Positions 34,701 to 47,206 of a stretch of 64,000 bases of DNA are shown one piece after another. The notes beneath the pieces are model-generated. The model was given only the letters and a program-made list of their open reading frames with translations. It ran no database searches and was not told the origin of the DNA. Numbering within the stretch: the stretch's first letter is position 1; every line of letters begins with the position of its first letter. The translations under genes and the position numbers were made by a program. Origin of the DNA: Lingula anatina. Its lineage: Eukaryota > Animalia > Brachiopoda. The stretch is taken from the NCBI GenBank assembly GCA_051362555.1, contig CM120641.1:48366401-48430400 (forward strand), given 5' to 3'.

Positions 34701-37700
34701 TACTAAGACATTTCAAAGTGTTCAGTCATTTCCCACTGTGACACAATTTCTTTCAGGCAGGTCTGAATCAAAAAGCACTGTTATATTGTAATGTACTTTC
34801 CTCTTAGAAACGGAAAGCTCAGGTGGAAAAGTTTCGTGAGCAGCGGGCTGCAAGGAGAATCCAGAAAGGCTGGCTTGATTACCAGCAGATAAAGATAGAG
34901 AGAGAAGATGATGAAGTATGTTCTGTTTGGGTTTGCATGCTAACACACGTGCTCTTGTGGGTGTGTGCATTGACTGCCTGCGTGCCATTGTGGCTGTATT
35001 GTATGCTTTCTATAACAGATTCCCACATAACACTGCCAGCTAACCTCACTGCCCTGCTTGATAATAGTCTGACAATGTGTTATGCAGTTTATCTGGGATG
35101 TGATATTACTCACAGAACACATGGTGCAGTGTCATGGTTTCACAATAACCCCTTGCACATGTTTTGCACTGCTTGGTTCCTGGGGACTATGGACCTTTGG
35201 TAATATAGCTGATCTCTTTGATTCGATAAAAGAATTTAAAAAGTGAAATAAAAGACTATTTAATACCAAAGTACTAACTGTAATAGAGGCCATCTCATAG
35301 TATTATGTTTTCATAAAAAAAAAAAAAAAAAAAAATCACTTTTATCAAACCAGTTCAGTTCAAGGGCATTTTCCTTAACATGTATTTGATGGGATGAAAT
35401 GTTTTATGGACTCGAAGAGATAATCTTGGGAGTGAATACAGTGGAATGGCCCTCAGCAAAACGCTTTCATTTTAGCATGATAAATAGTGAATAAGTGCTT
35501 ATACAGTTTTAATCTAATGCAGTGTTAAAAAACAAGCATATTTTTTGACACATTAGACTGTGAAAACACCAAATATAAAATGGCTTGCTGCTTACCTTCT
35601 CCCCTTCTCCCATTTCTCTGCAAATTTTTTATTTTTCTTACTAAAACCATCTGAACTTTTATTTTGCTTTGATGACCAAATAACTATCCTAATGGAAAAT
35701 ACTTGAATCAAGTGCTTTGCTTTGCCTTGGTTAACAAATCCATATTGCTTTAAACAAATTTTTGCTGCTAATCTGTTTTGATAAATATGCTTGTGACAAA
35801 AGATTCATGTGTGATAATGGACAAGATAAATCTTTTTAAAAAATAGACTACGAAAAGCAAAATGGTTGAAATAACTGATATTTTTTATTATAACAAAAAT
35901 ATTATCAAAGTAATTTATTACCAAAGACTAAAGCCTCTCTCTCTTTATCCCCGGATGAATGTAGCTGGATGTTGTCTTTGCAGTGAGATAAAAAAAAAAG
36001 AAAACCAGAAAGATTTTGTACGACATACATTCCTATATCTCCCATCAGTGTATCATTGTCAATGTCTACAGCTCGGTCGCCATATCAAAAAGTTGTTGTG
36101 ATGTGATCATTGTGATTTATGATCCAACCTTTCCTTTTCCCAGGCTGCTGAGACCATTCAGTCAGCACTCCGCGGCCATAGCAACCGAAGGAAACAGCTC
36201 CGCAGATACAGGGATGAGGAGGAAGATGAAGAAGAAGAGGATATTGAGGAAGAGGTTGATGAGGATGAGGAGGAGACGGAGGATGAGGATGTCATGCTCA
36301 TCCAGTCCACTCTCAGAGGACACAAGACAAGGAAAGATCAGCTAAGAAACAGGTAAAGTCCTTGTTTAGGTTAACTCCAGTGATTTAATATCTTGTCTTT
36401 TCATGTTTAAAGGCAGATTTAAGACATAACATTCCAAATCTGATTCAAAAGGGGATTTTTATCCCAGGTTAAGTCAGAAAACCAAAATTTTCACCTTTTG
36501 GATGAATTAAATAACATGCAACATTTAACATGTTAGCTGGGTTCTAGTGTTTTGTACTGAACCAGGTGATTCATGTTATTCCCACTTAAACCTGCCTATA
36601 ACTATGCCACCATCTCTTCATACCTGTGTTATATATTGTGGACTTTTATGTCGTATACTCACCATTTGCTTAGATTTGATTCTGCACAAATTTTGTCTGT
36701 TTTTCAGTCTTTTCATTTTCTAATTTGTGCCAGGCAGATTGTTGCACATTTTCAGTGATTCTTTTAACTGTTTCATTTACATATCATTTATACACATATA
36801 GTCACTATCACCTTCTGAGTAGTTTTGCAAATTTCTGCCTATTTATTTCTTCTTGTGTGTCTTGTCTTGCGTGTAGTGCTCTTAAACAAGAGGAGGCTGA
36901 AACAGACGAGGCTGCATTGTTGATTCAGTCTGCTGCACGCGGCCACTTGGCAAGGAAATATAATTTACAAACCTCTCTAAGGTACAGTTCTGAGTTCTGA
37001 AGGTTTGTAGACACTTTAATTGCTTTAAAATTCAAGTAATGCAGCAAGCTTGCACTCCACGCTGACAGCCATTTTGTTTGGCCAGGAATCATCTGATGCC
37101 ATCATTATGCTAAATTCTCTGAATAAAAGCAATGATTTTTATTGAGGGAACTTTTTAGTGCTTATATCTGTTGCATAGCAAAATAGTTGTCTTGAAACTC
37201 CCCATGCACTTTTATAGTATGTATTACATATTGGCAACTTAGATGTTAATTATTCTATTTAGGAGGATAAATAATGTTTTTTCAGCTTCCTGAACAAAAT
37301 AACTGTCTGAATGTGATGAAAAGCACATTTTTGTAGTTGGACATGTTGTTTATATGACACATGCTTTTCGTTCTAGATCTCGTCCAGGCAGCACACGGAC
37401 CTCACCAAGGTCATCAAGGCCAAGCAGCGCCAAGGCCTCTCCCCGCGTTTCCAGACGTAGCAGTGCACAGTCGCGCAGACTCAGTAAGATTACACTGTTT
37501 ATGTAACTGATAGAGATAGCCTCTGCAAGATTGCTTTCTTATTAGGAATCTTGTGTATTTTTGTTGAGTACATAGTTTGAAAAGTCCATGCAATTGTAAA
37601 TTATTATGACTGACTTATTTTATGAATGTTTGAAAATCATGAAATTTTTGAAGAATTATATTACCCATTCTGATGGAAATTCAACTGTGTATTCTGTTGA

Positions 37701-38459
37701 TCATGATATAAGATAAAACATCTTTTTTTCTACACTTAATTAAAACTGTAACTTAAAAAGCTTTCAGTCACTTCCTGACTTTCCTCAGTGTGAGACTGAG
37801 CACTTAGCGTACAAAATGAAAAGTTTTATCTTGTAATATTACCCGTTCTTTACCACCAACTTTCTTAACAATGACTTAAAAAAATAAATCATTGTTTTTT
37901 TTTTCCTACTCCAGTGACAAATGGTCTGGACTCTGAGGGAGAGGACGAGGATAAAGAAGACTTTGTCACTCCATCCAGAAAGCAACCTTCAAGACCATCA
38001 TCAGGTGAATATGAGATCAAAGACATTAAAAATCATATATTTTAAAAAGTAATATATTAAAGTGGGAATTAATTATGAAACTCTAACAATACACCACAGT
38101 AAATATTTAAGTTTGCATTTTATCGTTCTGTTTTAGCCAAGCCATCCCCCAGGGACACCCCAAGGTCCAGGCGTTCTCCGGTAAAAATTTTTCCTCTGCT
38201 ATCGTTATAAAATCACGTTTGTGTAATGCAAAAGCTGAAAGTGTTAACAAATAAATGTTTGAAATGATATTAGTAGATTCAATTTTAAAGTCATGTAAAA
38301 TACCTTACTTTATGATATTATATTTTTGCTTTCATCTGGCAATTATCTGTTATTTTCCAGGCTATTTCAAGGAGACAGAGTCGTGATAGGATTGAATCTA
38401 AACCCGTTGCTAATGGCAAAGATGATGATGACGATGATGATGATGACATTTGCTTTTAG
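25739..38459 (+). CDS. IQCE: IQ domain-containing protein E (ciliary EvC-zone component), >20 exons; start codon tentative
   Basis: Exons encode TPAYKTPEEYYDEILELRK (~29765-29838), KARVRRLEEDNLKK, EREIETLLDP, MKQKVLKLEQQLRDKE, KLQADLKTTKVEELRLQMEAFYQEVVRLQ (IQCE coiled-coil signature), several IQ exons at 33606-36981, and stop at 38457-38459. The N-terminal exons (25739-25756 MPNDEK, 27363-27413, 27706-27739) are phase-compatible but less certain. Confidence 0.88.
28420..28676. mobile_element. MITE family 1 relative, copy E (more palindromic subfamily, TAA TSD), in an IQCE intron
   Basis: TAA|GACTGGGTTCCCA...TAGGAATGGTCTC|TAA; internal inverted repeat CTTAAGTGGCTTAGATGTCTG..ACGCCTACT.AAGCTG / CAGCTTCAGTAGGCGT..CAGACATCTAAGTCACTTAAG; shares AGTTAATT.CCCCCT..CAGCTT..AGTAGGCG.GACAGACAT with copies B/C. 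Confidence 0.75.
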
Positions 38460-39979
38460 AATTCTGAACGTGACTGTAATTTTGTCATTTTTTTCTCAAC
38501 TGTGATACACTTGCATGGTAACTGAATTCATTCGAATCTTGGTTCACCAGCTTATTCGGAAAGTTATTCTAGCAGAAGGTCATTGCTTAATTTGAAATTA
38601 GATGTACCTCACAAAATGTATGTAATTAACTAGATGTATAGTCATGTAAAAATGTTCATGTTTTTCTACCTGCTTGAAATTTTTATATTGTAATATTCTA
38701 AAGGCCTTGTAGAGTGACACTTATCAGCATACATTCCATACAGCATATTACCTTCAATACAATCTGTCCACTAAGAGCTACAGACAGTACTGTTTTATTC
38801 TTTAACTTTTTGTGAGCAGAATTATGGAGAATCATACGCATTGTGATAATTTAGTTAACAAATTTTAGTCATTTTTTCCCAGAAATTTGGCACAGTAATG
38901 TTATTTGTTAATCTATATTTTAACCTTTTTAAAGCATGTTTAAAGATAGTGGGGTTTCGAAATAACAAGCTGTATTTGAAGAGCAGCAGCACAAGTAATA
39001 AACTGTTCACTCAGGGTATGAGTTTTTTTTTATACATAATACAAACAGCTTTTATTGTACTGTATTTATCTGTATTGATTTTTTAAAGGTACGCTTATCA
39101 TGTGAACTTTTCTTTGCTGTAAATTACAAATATTATTTGATATTTGTGTTGAAGTATTGTCCAGCAGTTTCACAAAAAAAAGGTGCAATAATTTTAATCA
39201 GAAGATGGAGATTCAACTGTTCACTTCACTTTATTGTTGGAAATGCCACCTTTTCTATTTGTCATGTCAATTTTTTCATGTTTAGAGCTGTATGGTGACA
39301 ATTAAGAAAGTGTCTTGTAAAATTTTGTAGAAATAAATTTCTATGTAGAAATAAATACTTTCTAGGATAACATCTTGGTTTTGGGTGTCTGTTGAATTTA
39401 TACCAAGGGCTGTAAAGTTTTAAACTTAGCTTTGATTCCAATTCATACAGAAAAATAATATTTTAATGTTATATATATTTTAAAAAATTCACTGAATGTA
39501 TTTTCGAATTGAGAAAACTCACATTGCGATTCGTGACATTCTTTTATTTTATCAAGTTTATATACATCATTATGTACAACATCAACATAATATATTTGCA
39601 AACATGTCTGCTGTTTCCCATGCTACCAGTGTTACTACCACAGTGGAGTAGATTAGAGTAAAGCTAAGGAAGTATGTCTTCCACCCAGCACCTAGACATA
39701 TCTGACCATGTATGACCAGCTGTCTAAGGACAGGTGGCAATGTCTGCTGGTGGTCCTAAACATGCAAAAACAACTAATTTGATCTATTTCACCTTGAGCC
39801 CTAAAACAAGAAGTCGTCTTTGGAACGAATTTCCTCACCTGCACTCAAATACTTCACAATAAACTTATTGACACAAACCTACATTTTGACCAAAGAGTTA
39901 CAAATAAAATTAGGAAACTTTTATTTTTTGAGCTTGTGGCTAGCTGTTACCACCAGCTTGTCTTGTCTGGTGCACTTCC

Positions 39980-42767
39980 CTACCCTCTAGTGGAGGGTGT
40001 CTGCAGCAGTTCTGGGTCTTCAGAACTCTCCTCTCTCTCCTCCAACAAACCAAACGACTGCAGCACCTTGTGCTGGCGTGTCTGTCGTAGTTTCTTCAAG
40101 TCCCTAGCATACTGCTGTTCTCGTAACAGTTCTTTTTTCTGTTCCTCTAACTGTTTCTTGTGCTCGTGCAGAGCCCGTGTTTTCTGAATGAGTCTGAAAA
40201 GTTTTTTACGCAATTCTCTGTTCTCCTCTTTTATCCTTTTGGTGTGTTCATTCAGGCACTGCAGGGCTTCCTGCAACATAGGGAGAATATCAAATGAGGA
40301 TCATAAAATTATGACAATATTTCAAAATATGAAAATAATTTTCTATAAAGCTCTAAAAAATAAGTTTTTTCTGATAAATCTAAATAAAGATGTGTGTGCA
40401 AGTTTTAATGTATTTCCACCAATGTAGTGGTGAATGGACTTGCTAAAACAATGCTCCATGGTTTGGGTGAAGTGATGAGGTGCAGAGGCAGACAGGGAAC
40501 TATGGAAAGCTGACATTAAAGAGTGGACAGGCATGACCTTTACCTTACCCTCTACCAGGGCGACAGAATAATTTTTCACAAGATATTCTCAGATATGTCT
40601 TTAGATAAATAGACAGTCATTTGGTTCTCTGGATTTTGCCACCCTGGTAGAGGGTAACCTAGACCCTGTAACTGGCACACAACTGAAAGGAATGGAAAAG
40701 CTTGGTGTGCAGAGTGACACTGCAGCATCTCCACAGTATCTTTACCACAAAATAACAGATCAAGAGAGAGAGAAAAAAAGGTCTTGTTACAAATGTTTGA
40801 AAATATGATCAAAGCAGAGTAACTACCTTGTCTGCCTGTGCCTTCAGGGAAGATATTCTGTTCTGGGAGTCTTGGTTAAATTCACGCTTGTCTTTGAGGA
40901 ACTCGGACTTCAGCTTCTGTATGGTGTCAGAGTGCACCCCTCTCATTTTCTGCACCTCTTTCTCCAGCTCCTTGATCTTTGACAGCTGGTCTTTTTGTAA
41001 GTTCTAAAAAATAAATTAAAATATCTATTATTGAAATTGTACATTATTGAAGACTTTCCTTAAATTTTTCAAATGAGCGAAGTATAATAAATTGATACTT
41101 GTCCATTATTGCTTTAAATACTAATCATCACAACTTAAATTTGACAAGTGCATTATATTTTGATAAGCTATCATGAAATTTGATAACAAACCTTATATTC
41201 TTGTAAATCCTCCAGCTCTTGTTTTGTCTTGGACAGCAAATTTTCTTTTTCCATCAGTATTGATCTTAAACCTGAAATATAGTATAAAACATTCTTGTGA
41301 ACATTTGTTTTTATACCAACACCCACAAAGAAAATACATCTATACAATATTTCCAATGCAATTTGATAATCTGGACTGAAATCACTACCCCCTCTTCAAA
41401 ATTACTTTTTTCAAAGTGCATATACCATCAAGTAACTACAGGTTTTTTTTATTTTGAAATTCACCAAAATAATGGTCATACAGTATTATATTAATAAAAA
41501 AAAACTGTTAGTGAGTACACCATGGGAAATGTGTTAAATTTTCACTTTTTAATGATAAAATCCTGCAAGTAATTACTTTAATCTGAAATAATACTAAATG
41601 AAAGCAAAAAATAAAGAAACAAATAAATAATTATAATAACAACAAACGAAAGAATAAAGATAAAACCTCTCACATTGCCACAATTACCCACCTGCTTTCT
41701 TCTCTTCATACTCTTGCAACATGTTAGCTTTCTGTTCCAGGATGTTCTGAATCTCTTGCTGGTTCTGGTCACTGAGAGAAATAATCAGAGACTGCCTCTT
41801 GCTGGTCTTCTTCTGCATGTAGTTCATATATTCATGCTACAAGGGAATAAAACAGAAGCTAATATACTTTCAATTTAAAAAAACATTTCTATCACTACTA
41901 ACAACACTGAAAAAATGCATATTTTTGTGTCATTAACTTTGAATGCTACTTCATTTTTACTTTTTTAAAAGTTGCACATATCAATAATTGAAATTCATTA
42001 AAAACATGACTTGGTACTTACGCTTTCCACTCTGACTTTGTGTGCTTCCTGTTGCAGCCATTCATTCTCTTGACGCCTTCATAACAGTTAAGGTTAAAAC
42101 ATCCCCAGTTAAATGTTTTAAGAATTATGTGGATTCTTCAATTTAATGACACTTCTCTATGTGTTTTTATCAGGAAAATTATATCAAAATCGATAAATAA
42201 GATGAAATCAATACCACATACCACGTACACATGTTCATACTAATGCTTCTTTTTCTTACTGAATAAGATAAATGTGCATTTGACAAGGATACATTTCATC
42301 CACTTTTTTCTTTACTCTTTCTAACTCCTCTGTCAAGTTGTCAAGTCTGCAAAATACAAAAAAAAATGTTCTCAAATGATTGCACTCAAAAATATTCTCA
42401 CAGTGACAGATACATAAAGATAAACTAAATCTTAGATTTTGAACATCCCACAGATGAGCTTAGATTGGATAATTCAATTAATTTCTCTTACTACAGGTAC
42501 ATTCCAACATAGGGTCACACATTTTCTAGTGCATAAAAATTAAGCGGCTGCCAGTTGGGCTGTCATACAACGACATCAATAACTGTAAAATGTGAAGTGG
42601 TAAAATGCCTTTGACACGATGTACAGGTTGTAATTCAGGTGCACTTACTCTTGTTTAAGTAAAACTTCCTTTTCTGTTGGGGGTGCTTCTTCCCCACCTG
42701 CGGGTGTAGCGCCTCCTTTCTTTCCTTTGCCCTTTTTCTTACCTCCCTTTTTCTTTTTAGGGGGCAT
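39980..42767 (-). CDS. CCDC166: Coiled-coil protein of the CCDC166/CCDC121 (DUF4515) family, 7 exons
   Basis: MPPKKKKGGKKKGKGKKGGATPAGGEEAPPTEKEVLLKQE / LDNLTEELERVKKKVDE / MRQENEWLQQEA / HEYMNYM..LSDQNQQE / ELEDLQEYK / LQKDQLSKIKELEKE..HSDTIQKLKSEFLKDK / EHTKRIKEENRELRKKL; aligns by eye to CCDC166. Confidence 0.8.
40548..40654. mobile_element. MITE family 2, copy 2
   Basis: TA|CCCTCTACCAGGGCGACAGA...TTTGCCACCCTGGTAGAGGG|TA. Confidence 0.82.
42077..42292 (-). other. U12-type (minor spliceosome) GT-AG intron of CCDC166
   Basis: Donor GTATCCTT; branch site AACCTTAAC 10 nt before AAG; no polypyrimidine tract; splicing here keeps the frame (..VDE-M-RQENEW). Confidence 0.85.
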
Positions 42768-43034
42768 TTTTCAGAAATGTCCGAATTTGAACAAATGTCA
42801 GCTATACCGGAAGTGTAATGGTTACCATGGAGGGAGCTAGCAGTACATTCATTTTTTAGTTTCGAAATTAATTTAAGACCAAAGAAAACATTTTATATAA
42901 ATAAAGATGTCAATATATGGGGATAAAAATTATATAAGTTGTACTGTTATAAATTATTTATCACAGTCATTATTTTTTGCAATAATTCAGCATATTGTAA
43001 GTATAACTAAAGTGTGAGTCTCAAGCTAGTTAAG
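42768..43034. promoter_or_regulatory. Bidirectional promoter between CCDC166 and LSM11
   Basis: Divergent ATGs 267 bp apart; ETS/GABP-like CCGGAAGTG (42807-42815); RFX X-box-like GTTACCATGGAGGG (42821-42834); YY1-like AAGATGGC overlapping the LSM11 ATG. Confidence 0.65.
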
Positions 43035-45652
43035 ATGGCAGCGCCCATGGAGCATGACAGATCCAAGGTTTCCCCTGAATATGATTCAAATACAGCTATA
43101 GGTTTAAATGCCCCTGGAGCAACAGTTGATTTCACTTCTAGCGAATTTGACCCATTAATTGCATTATATTCCGATAGCACAGTAGTTCCAGACAAAAATG
43201 TGAACCCTTTTAATAACCTCGCTGAATTTGAGAGTGTTTCAAATAAAAAACGACAGGCCCAGCCCGGCAAAGCAAGGCTGCTTAGAGAGGCCAATGCGCA
43301 GCGCATCCTAAAGCTGCAGTTGCAAAGCCAGTCCAGAAGTCGTCAAGGTGAATCGACAGATAAACCCGAAGATGAAGACCAGACCGAAGTTCGCAGACGA
43401 GTGGACAGAAATGTCCTGTCAAGAATGGAGGGTATATTATTTCTTTTCTTATGATTTTGATTTAGCCTTAGATTTCAAATTGTATTTTCTTTAGTTAAAT
43501 TCTGAGGAGTCAGGCCTTTGGATGTTCATGCCAAAAGCAACACCTAGAATGCTCAGTGCTAATTTTTTTTAGAAAATTGTAAACAATAAAACAAGTTTTT
43601 AAAAAATTTTATCTGAGCAGTTTCTTATGTTTGCAATTTAAACAACTCATTCAGCCACTTTTTAATCAAATAATATTGATATCAATTGCTTTAACCTTGT
43701 ATTAACAGACGAGCACCACAAAGGACCATTCAGTTTGCTGCGGAGGTGTGTCAAGGAGAGAAAGAAAGTGAAAGTACTGACGAGAAGTTTCAAACACGTG
43801 AGGGGAATATGTTCAGGATACATTATAGCCTTTGACACACATTTTAATTTAGTAAGTAATCTAAACCACAGAGTTTTATGCACTTTTATTTACAATCTCT
43901 GATATGTACTTTAGTGTTTTTGCTAATATCTTAGCATATATAAATACTGCGTACTTGAGACTAGCAAAAAGAGTGCTTTCACATGAAATGCTGTGCTTAT
44001 TAAACGATCTTTTCCTATAAATGAAAATACTTCTTATTGAAGTTTTAACCACATGTTATCAAGCTATGTACGCATTATTATGTTTGAAATTTTTCTCATT
44101 TAATTAATTTCTTGTTTATTTATTGGTTTTCAATATTTGATAACAAATTGGTTACGCCTACATACTAGTAGTTAAAACTAATTCAATAATTGAAACTTGA
44201 CTCATGAAAACTCTAAAGGATAATTTATTATATGAATAATCAACAGAGATGGCCCCTCTTTCTCACTTAATATGCTAGATCTGAATTTTTTGTGTCTGTT
44301 AAGGCAATGCAAGATGTTGATGAAGTATATGCAAAGCCATGGAAAAGAAGAAAGAAAAGAAAAAGGAGTGAAAAGGTGAATTTAACAGAAAAAATATAAT
44401 CTGATAGTTTTGTTTTTGCCTTATTAGTATTTTTCTAGCTATGCAAACATCCAAAAGGTTTATTATTTCTGTTTTGTACCAGAATAATAAAGAAAATGAT
44501 AAAACCATTTTTTCAAGATATCCTGTATACCAAAACAATTTCATTAATAAACTTGAGGTTATGCTTATGCAGGTGCGTAAAGAACCCACAGCCAGTGTAA
44601 ATGGTGAAATGTCAGGAATGGTGGAAGACAACTTAAAGGAAAATACTGGAAACAGTTCATCTCAAACCATTCAAGTGGATGGAAATAAAAATAAAGAAGA
44701 GATTTGTCCTGATGAAAATCAGATTGATAAAACAACAATCATTGAAACCCGAGTGAAAGATGCGAAAGAGAAACCAAAGAGTGTGGAGCCTCCTGATAAT
44801 ATTGTTGGTTTGGATGACTGTGAAAGTGATGTGAAAGACGATATTGATGATGATGCTGACAGTGAAAGTGAAAGTGATGATGAGGATGTTGGTGCCCTAA
44901 CATCTAGATTAGCAGAGCTGCAGCATGAACTGGCTTATCTTGCTGAAGCAGAAATGAAAAGTGAAAGTGAAAGTAATGTTGAGGATGTACCAAAGGAAGT
45001 TTTGAAGCTAGAGGAAGGGGAATTGTCAGAAGGAGAAATTTTGGACGACCCAGATAATGATGAAAAGGATGTTAAAGGTGCTGCTAAAAGTGATCAAAAG
45101 GTGAAAAAGGATGAGCCTTCTAAACATTCTCATCATAAGCCAGGGTATGATAAGGAAGAGAAAAAACATGGTGAATCCTCAAGTAAGCACCATGCAAGAA
45201 AACAAAACAATGAAAAAAAGCATGATAGGAAGCACCACAGAGACACGTTAGATAAAAGAAAAGATGCACATAAAAGTTTGTCTTCATCAAAAATGAGCAG
45301 TAAAAATAGAGACAGCAGGAGACAGTCAAGTTCATTGCCCAGGCAACCAAAGACGGAGACAAAATCTGGACATAAAGAAGGCTTGCCAAGAAGAGCCAGC
45401 TCTGAAACAAGGCTTGGTAAAAAGATGGAAATAAAAGATACTAAAAGCCATGGAAACAAGGACAAAGTGAAAGAGAAGAAAATTGTCACTGCAAAGAATC
45501 CAAAAGGGAAAGCACCTCAAAGCCAAGAAGGTGAAGCAGGTGCAAGGATCATTCCTAGTTCTCAGGGAAACAGCTGTGTATATGTCACTCGTCACGTTAA
45601 CCAGCTGTTTATCAGAGGTGACAGTGTGGTGCTCATAGCTGTTGATAACTAA
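43035..45652 (+). CDS. LSM11: U7 snRNP-specific Sm-like protein LSm11, 4 exons
   Basis: Exon 1 43035-43431 (DFTSSEFDPLIALYS..PFNNLAEFES..RNVLSRM); exon 2 ~43709-43851 (GPFSLLRRCV..VRGICSGYIIAFDTHFNL, Sm1); exon 3 ~44304-44375 (AMQDVDEVY); exon 4 44573-45652 ending RHVNQLFIRGDSVVLI (Sm2). Confidence 0.93.
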
Positions 45653-45934
45653 TATAATTATATTGCCATAAGGCAACATTATAGATATTATAGTTACAAG
45701 ACTATTTTTTATTAATAATTTATATTAAATGTCAAAATTAATTTTGGGTATAAATATATTCATATTATAGTGATATCTGTATCTTTCATAGTACTGAAAG
45801 TCGGATCTGCATTATTTCCTTCTTTATATTTGTACTACGTAATTTTTTTCTACACTCCAAATAAAATTTAATTCAACAGCTGTTGAGTCTAGTTTAGTCA
45901 CATTATTTTGATATAACTAAATGTGCCTAAGGTA

Positions 45935-46010
45935 CCCTCTACCAGGGCCATAGATTGATTTTTTACTAGATGTTCACCGATGTCTCCGGTTAAATTGACG
46001 GCAATTCTCT
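45935..46010. mobile_element. MITE family 2, partial copy (one TIR; right end approximate)
   Basis: TA|CCCTCTACCAGGGCCATAGATTGATTTTTTACTAGAT matches the rc right arm of 5140-5269; second TIR not found. Confidence 0.6.
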
Positions 46011-47206
46011 GCACTATTTATGTGCTTTTCACATGCATTTTGCTTAAGTTACGCGCAAACAATGTCTTAGAATTTAATTCCTTAACATGTTTTTGGTCTA
46101 AAAATCTAATCTTGTCTATCACAAGAGCAAGCTGCAGCATTTTTGCTCCTAAATGCATTTCTTTTTAATATGAGCACCACTTAAAGAAGACTCCTTTTTA
46201 TTCTCGTCACATTAGGAAAGCATCAGTAAGTTCCAGATGTGAGACAGACTGGGGAATGTAATGTGATGAAGCTGGGATTATTTTAATGGATCTGTTTTGA
46301 AGGAAATAAAAGATAGCGGGGGATATCTACAATTTTTGAAATAAAACGTAGGAGCATCAAAAACATTGGTCAAAGTACTATGATTAAAGGGCCACACGTT
46401 CTCTTAAGTTTTCTGTGTACGCATCTTGTGCTTATTCTTTAAATTTTCGTTTTTCTAATTATAAAAATGGCATTTATGCAGACTAAAAACAAGAATTGAG
46501 TTCGGTCTAAGGAGGTATATAGACGGCGTGTTTTTTATTTATTTGGAACTTGCTAGACTGATGGTCGACTTTGTTGAGGGGCCCACACAATACGTTAATT
46601 GTATTTTTGTTCGCGAAAAATTTATATCTGTCGAAAAAAATTTAACATCTCGAGTCACAAATCGTTTAACTGATTGAAAAAAATGTACAAAATAAGTTAA
46701 CCTTATCACGCATGAACACGTATTTACTTTATTTTCAACTGAGCCATTGGTATTGATTTATTACTGAACGAAAATGAAAATTGTAATGACGCAAAATAAT
46801 AAAAACGATCGTTTAATTTACCTTGAAATTAAGTGATTTATATGCATTAAATAATTTTTACTGAACGGTATAATAATAACATAATAGAATAATGCAACAA
46901 AAATGGTTGTTTAGATCATGCTGTCTTTATCTGTATTTTTTCTTAATATTCCACGTTTTATTGATTTTTAATAATATTTTTTAATAATTTCCCCAAAACA
47001 AAAAGATGGAAAGACAAAAAACACATTACCCCTTTACCAATTTATATAATTTGATATGTAATAGACATCTAAATGTTATTAATGCGCGGTAAGTTGAAGC
47101 ACGCTCAAGTTGAGAACGCCATCCAATTAACACAGGTGTGCAGGTACATGTTGACAGGTAAGTAGGTCAGGGGGGTTTCAGGTGTGTAATTAGGTCATGT
47201 TGATAC

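Noticed and set aside
44441-44572. 403-aa ORF as an independent gene
   Set aside because: It is LSM11 exon 4 plus an incidentally open stretch of intron; it ends in the Sm2 motif.
46384-46400. TTAAAGGGCCACA as a Kolobok left end that might enclose the orphan ORF
   Set aside because: No matching inverted end followed by TTAA found downstream by eye.
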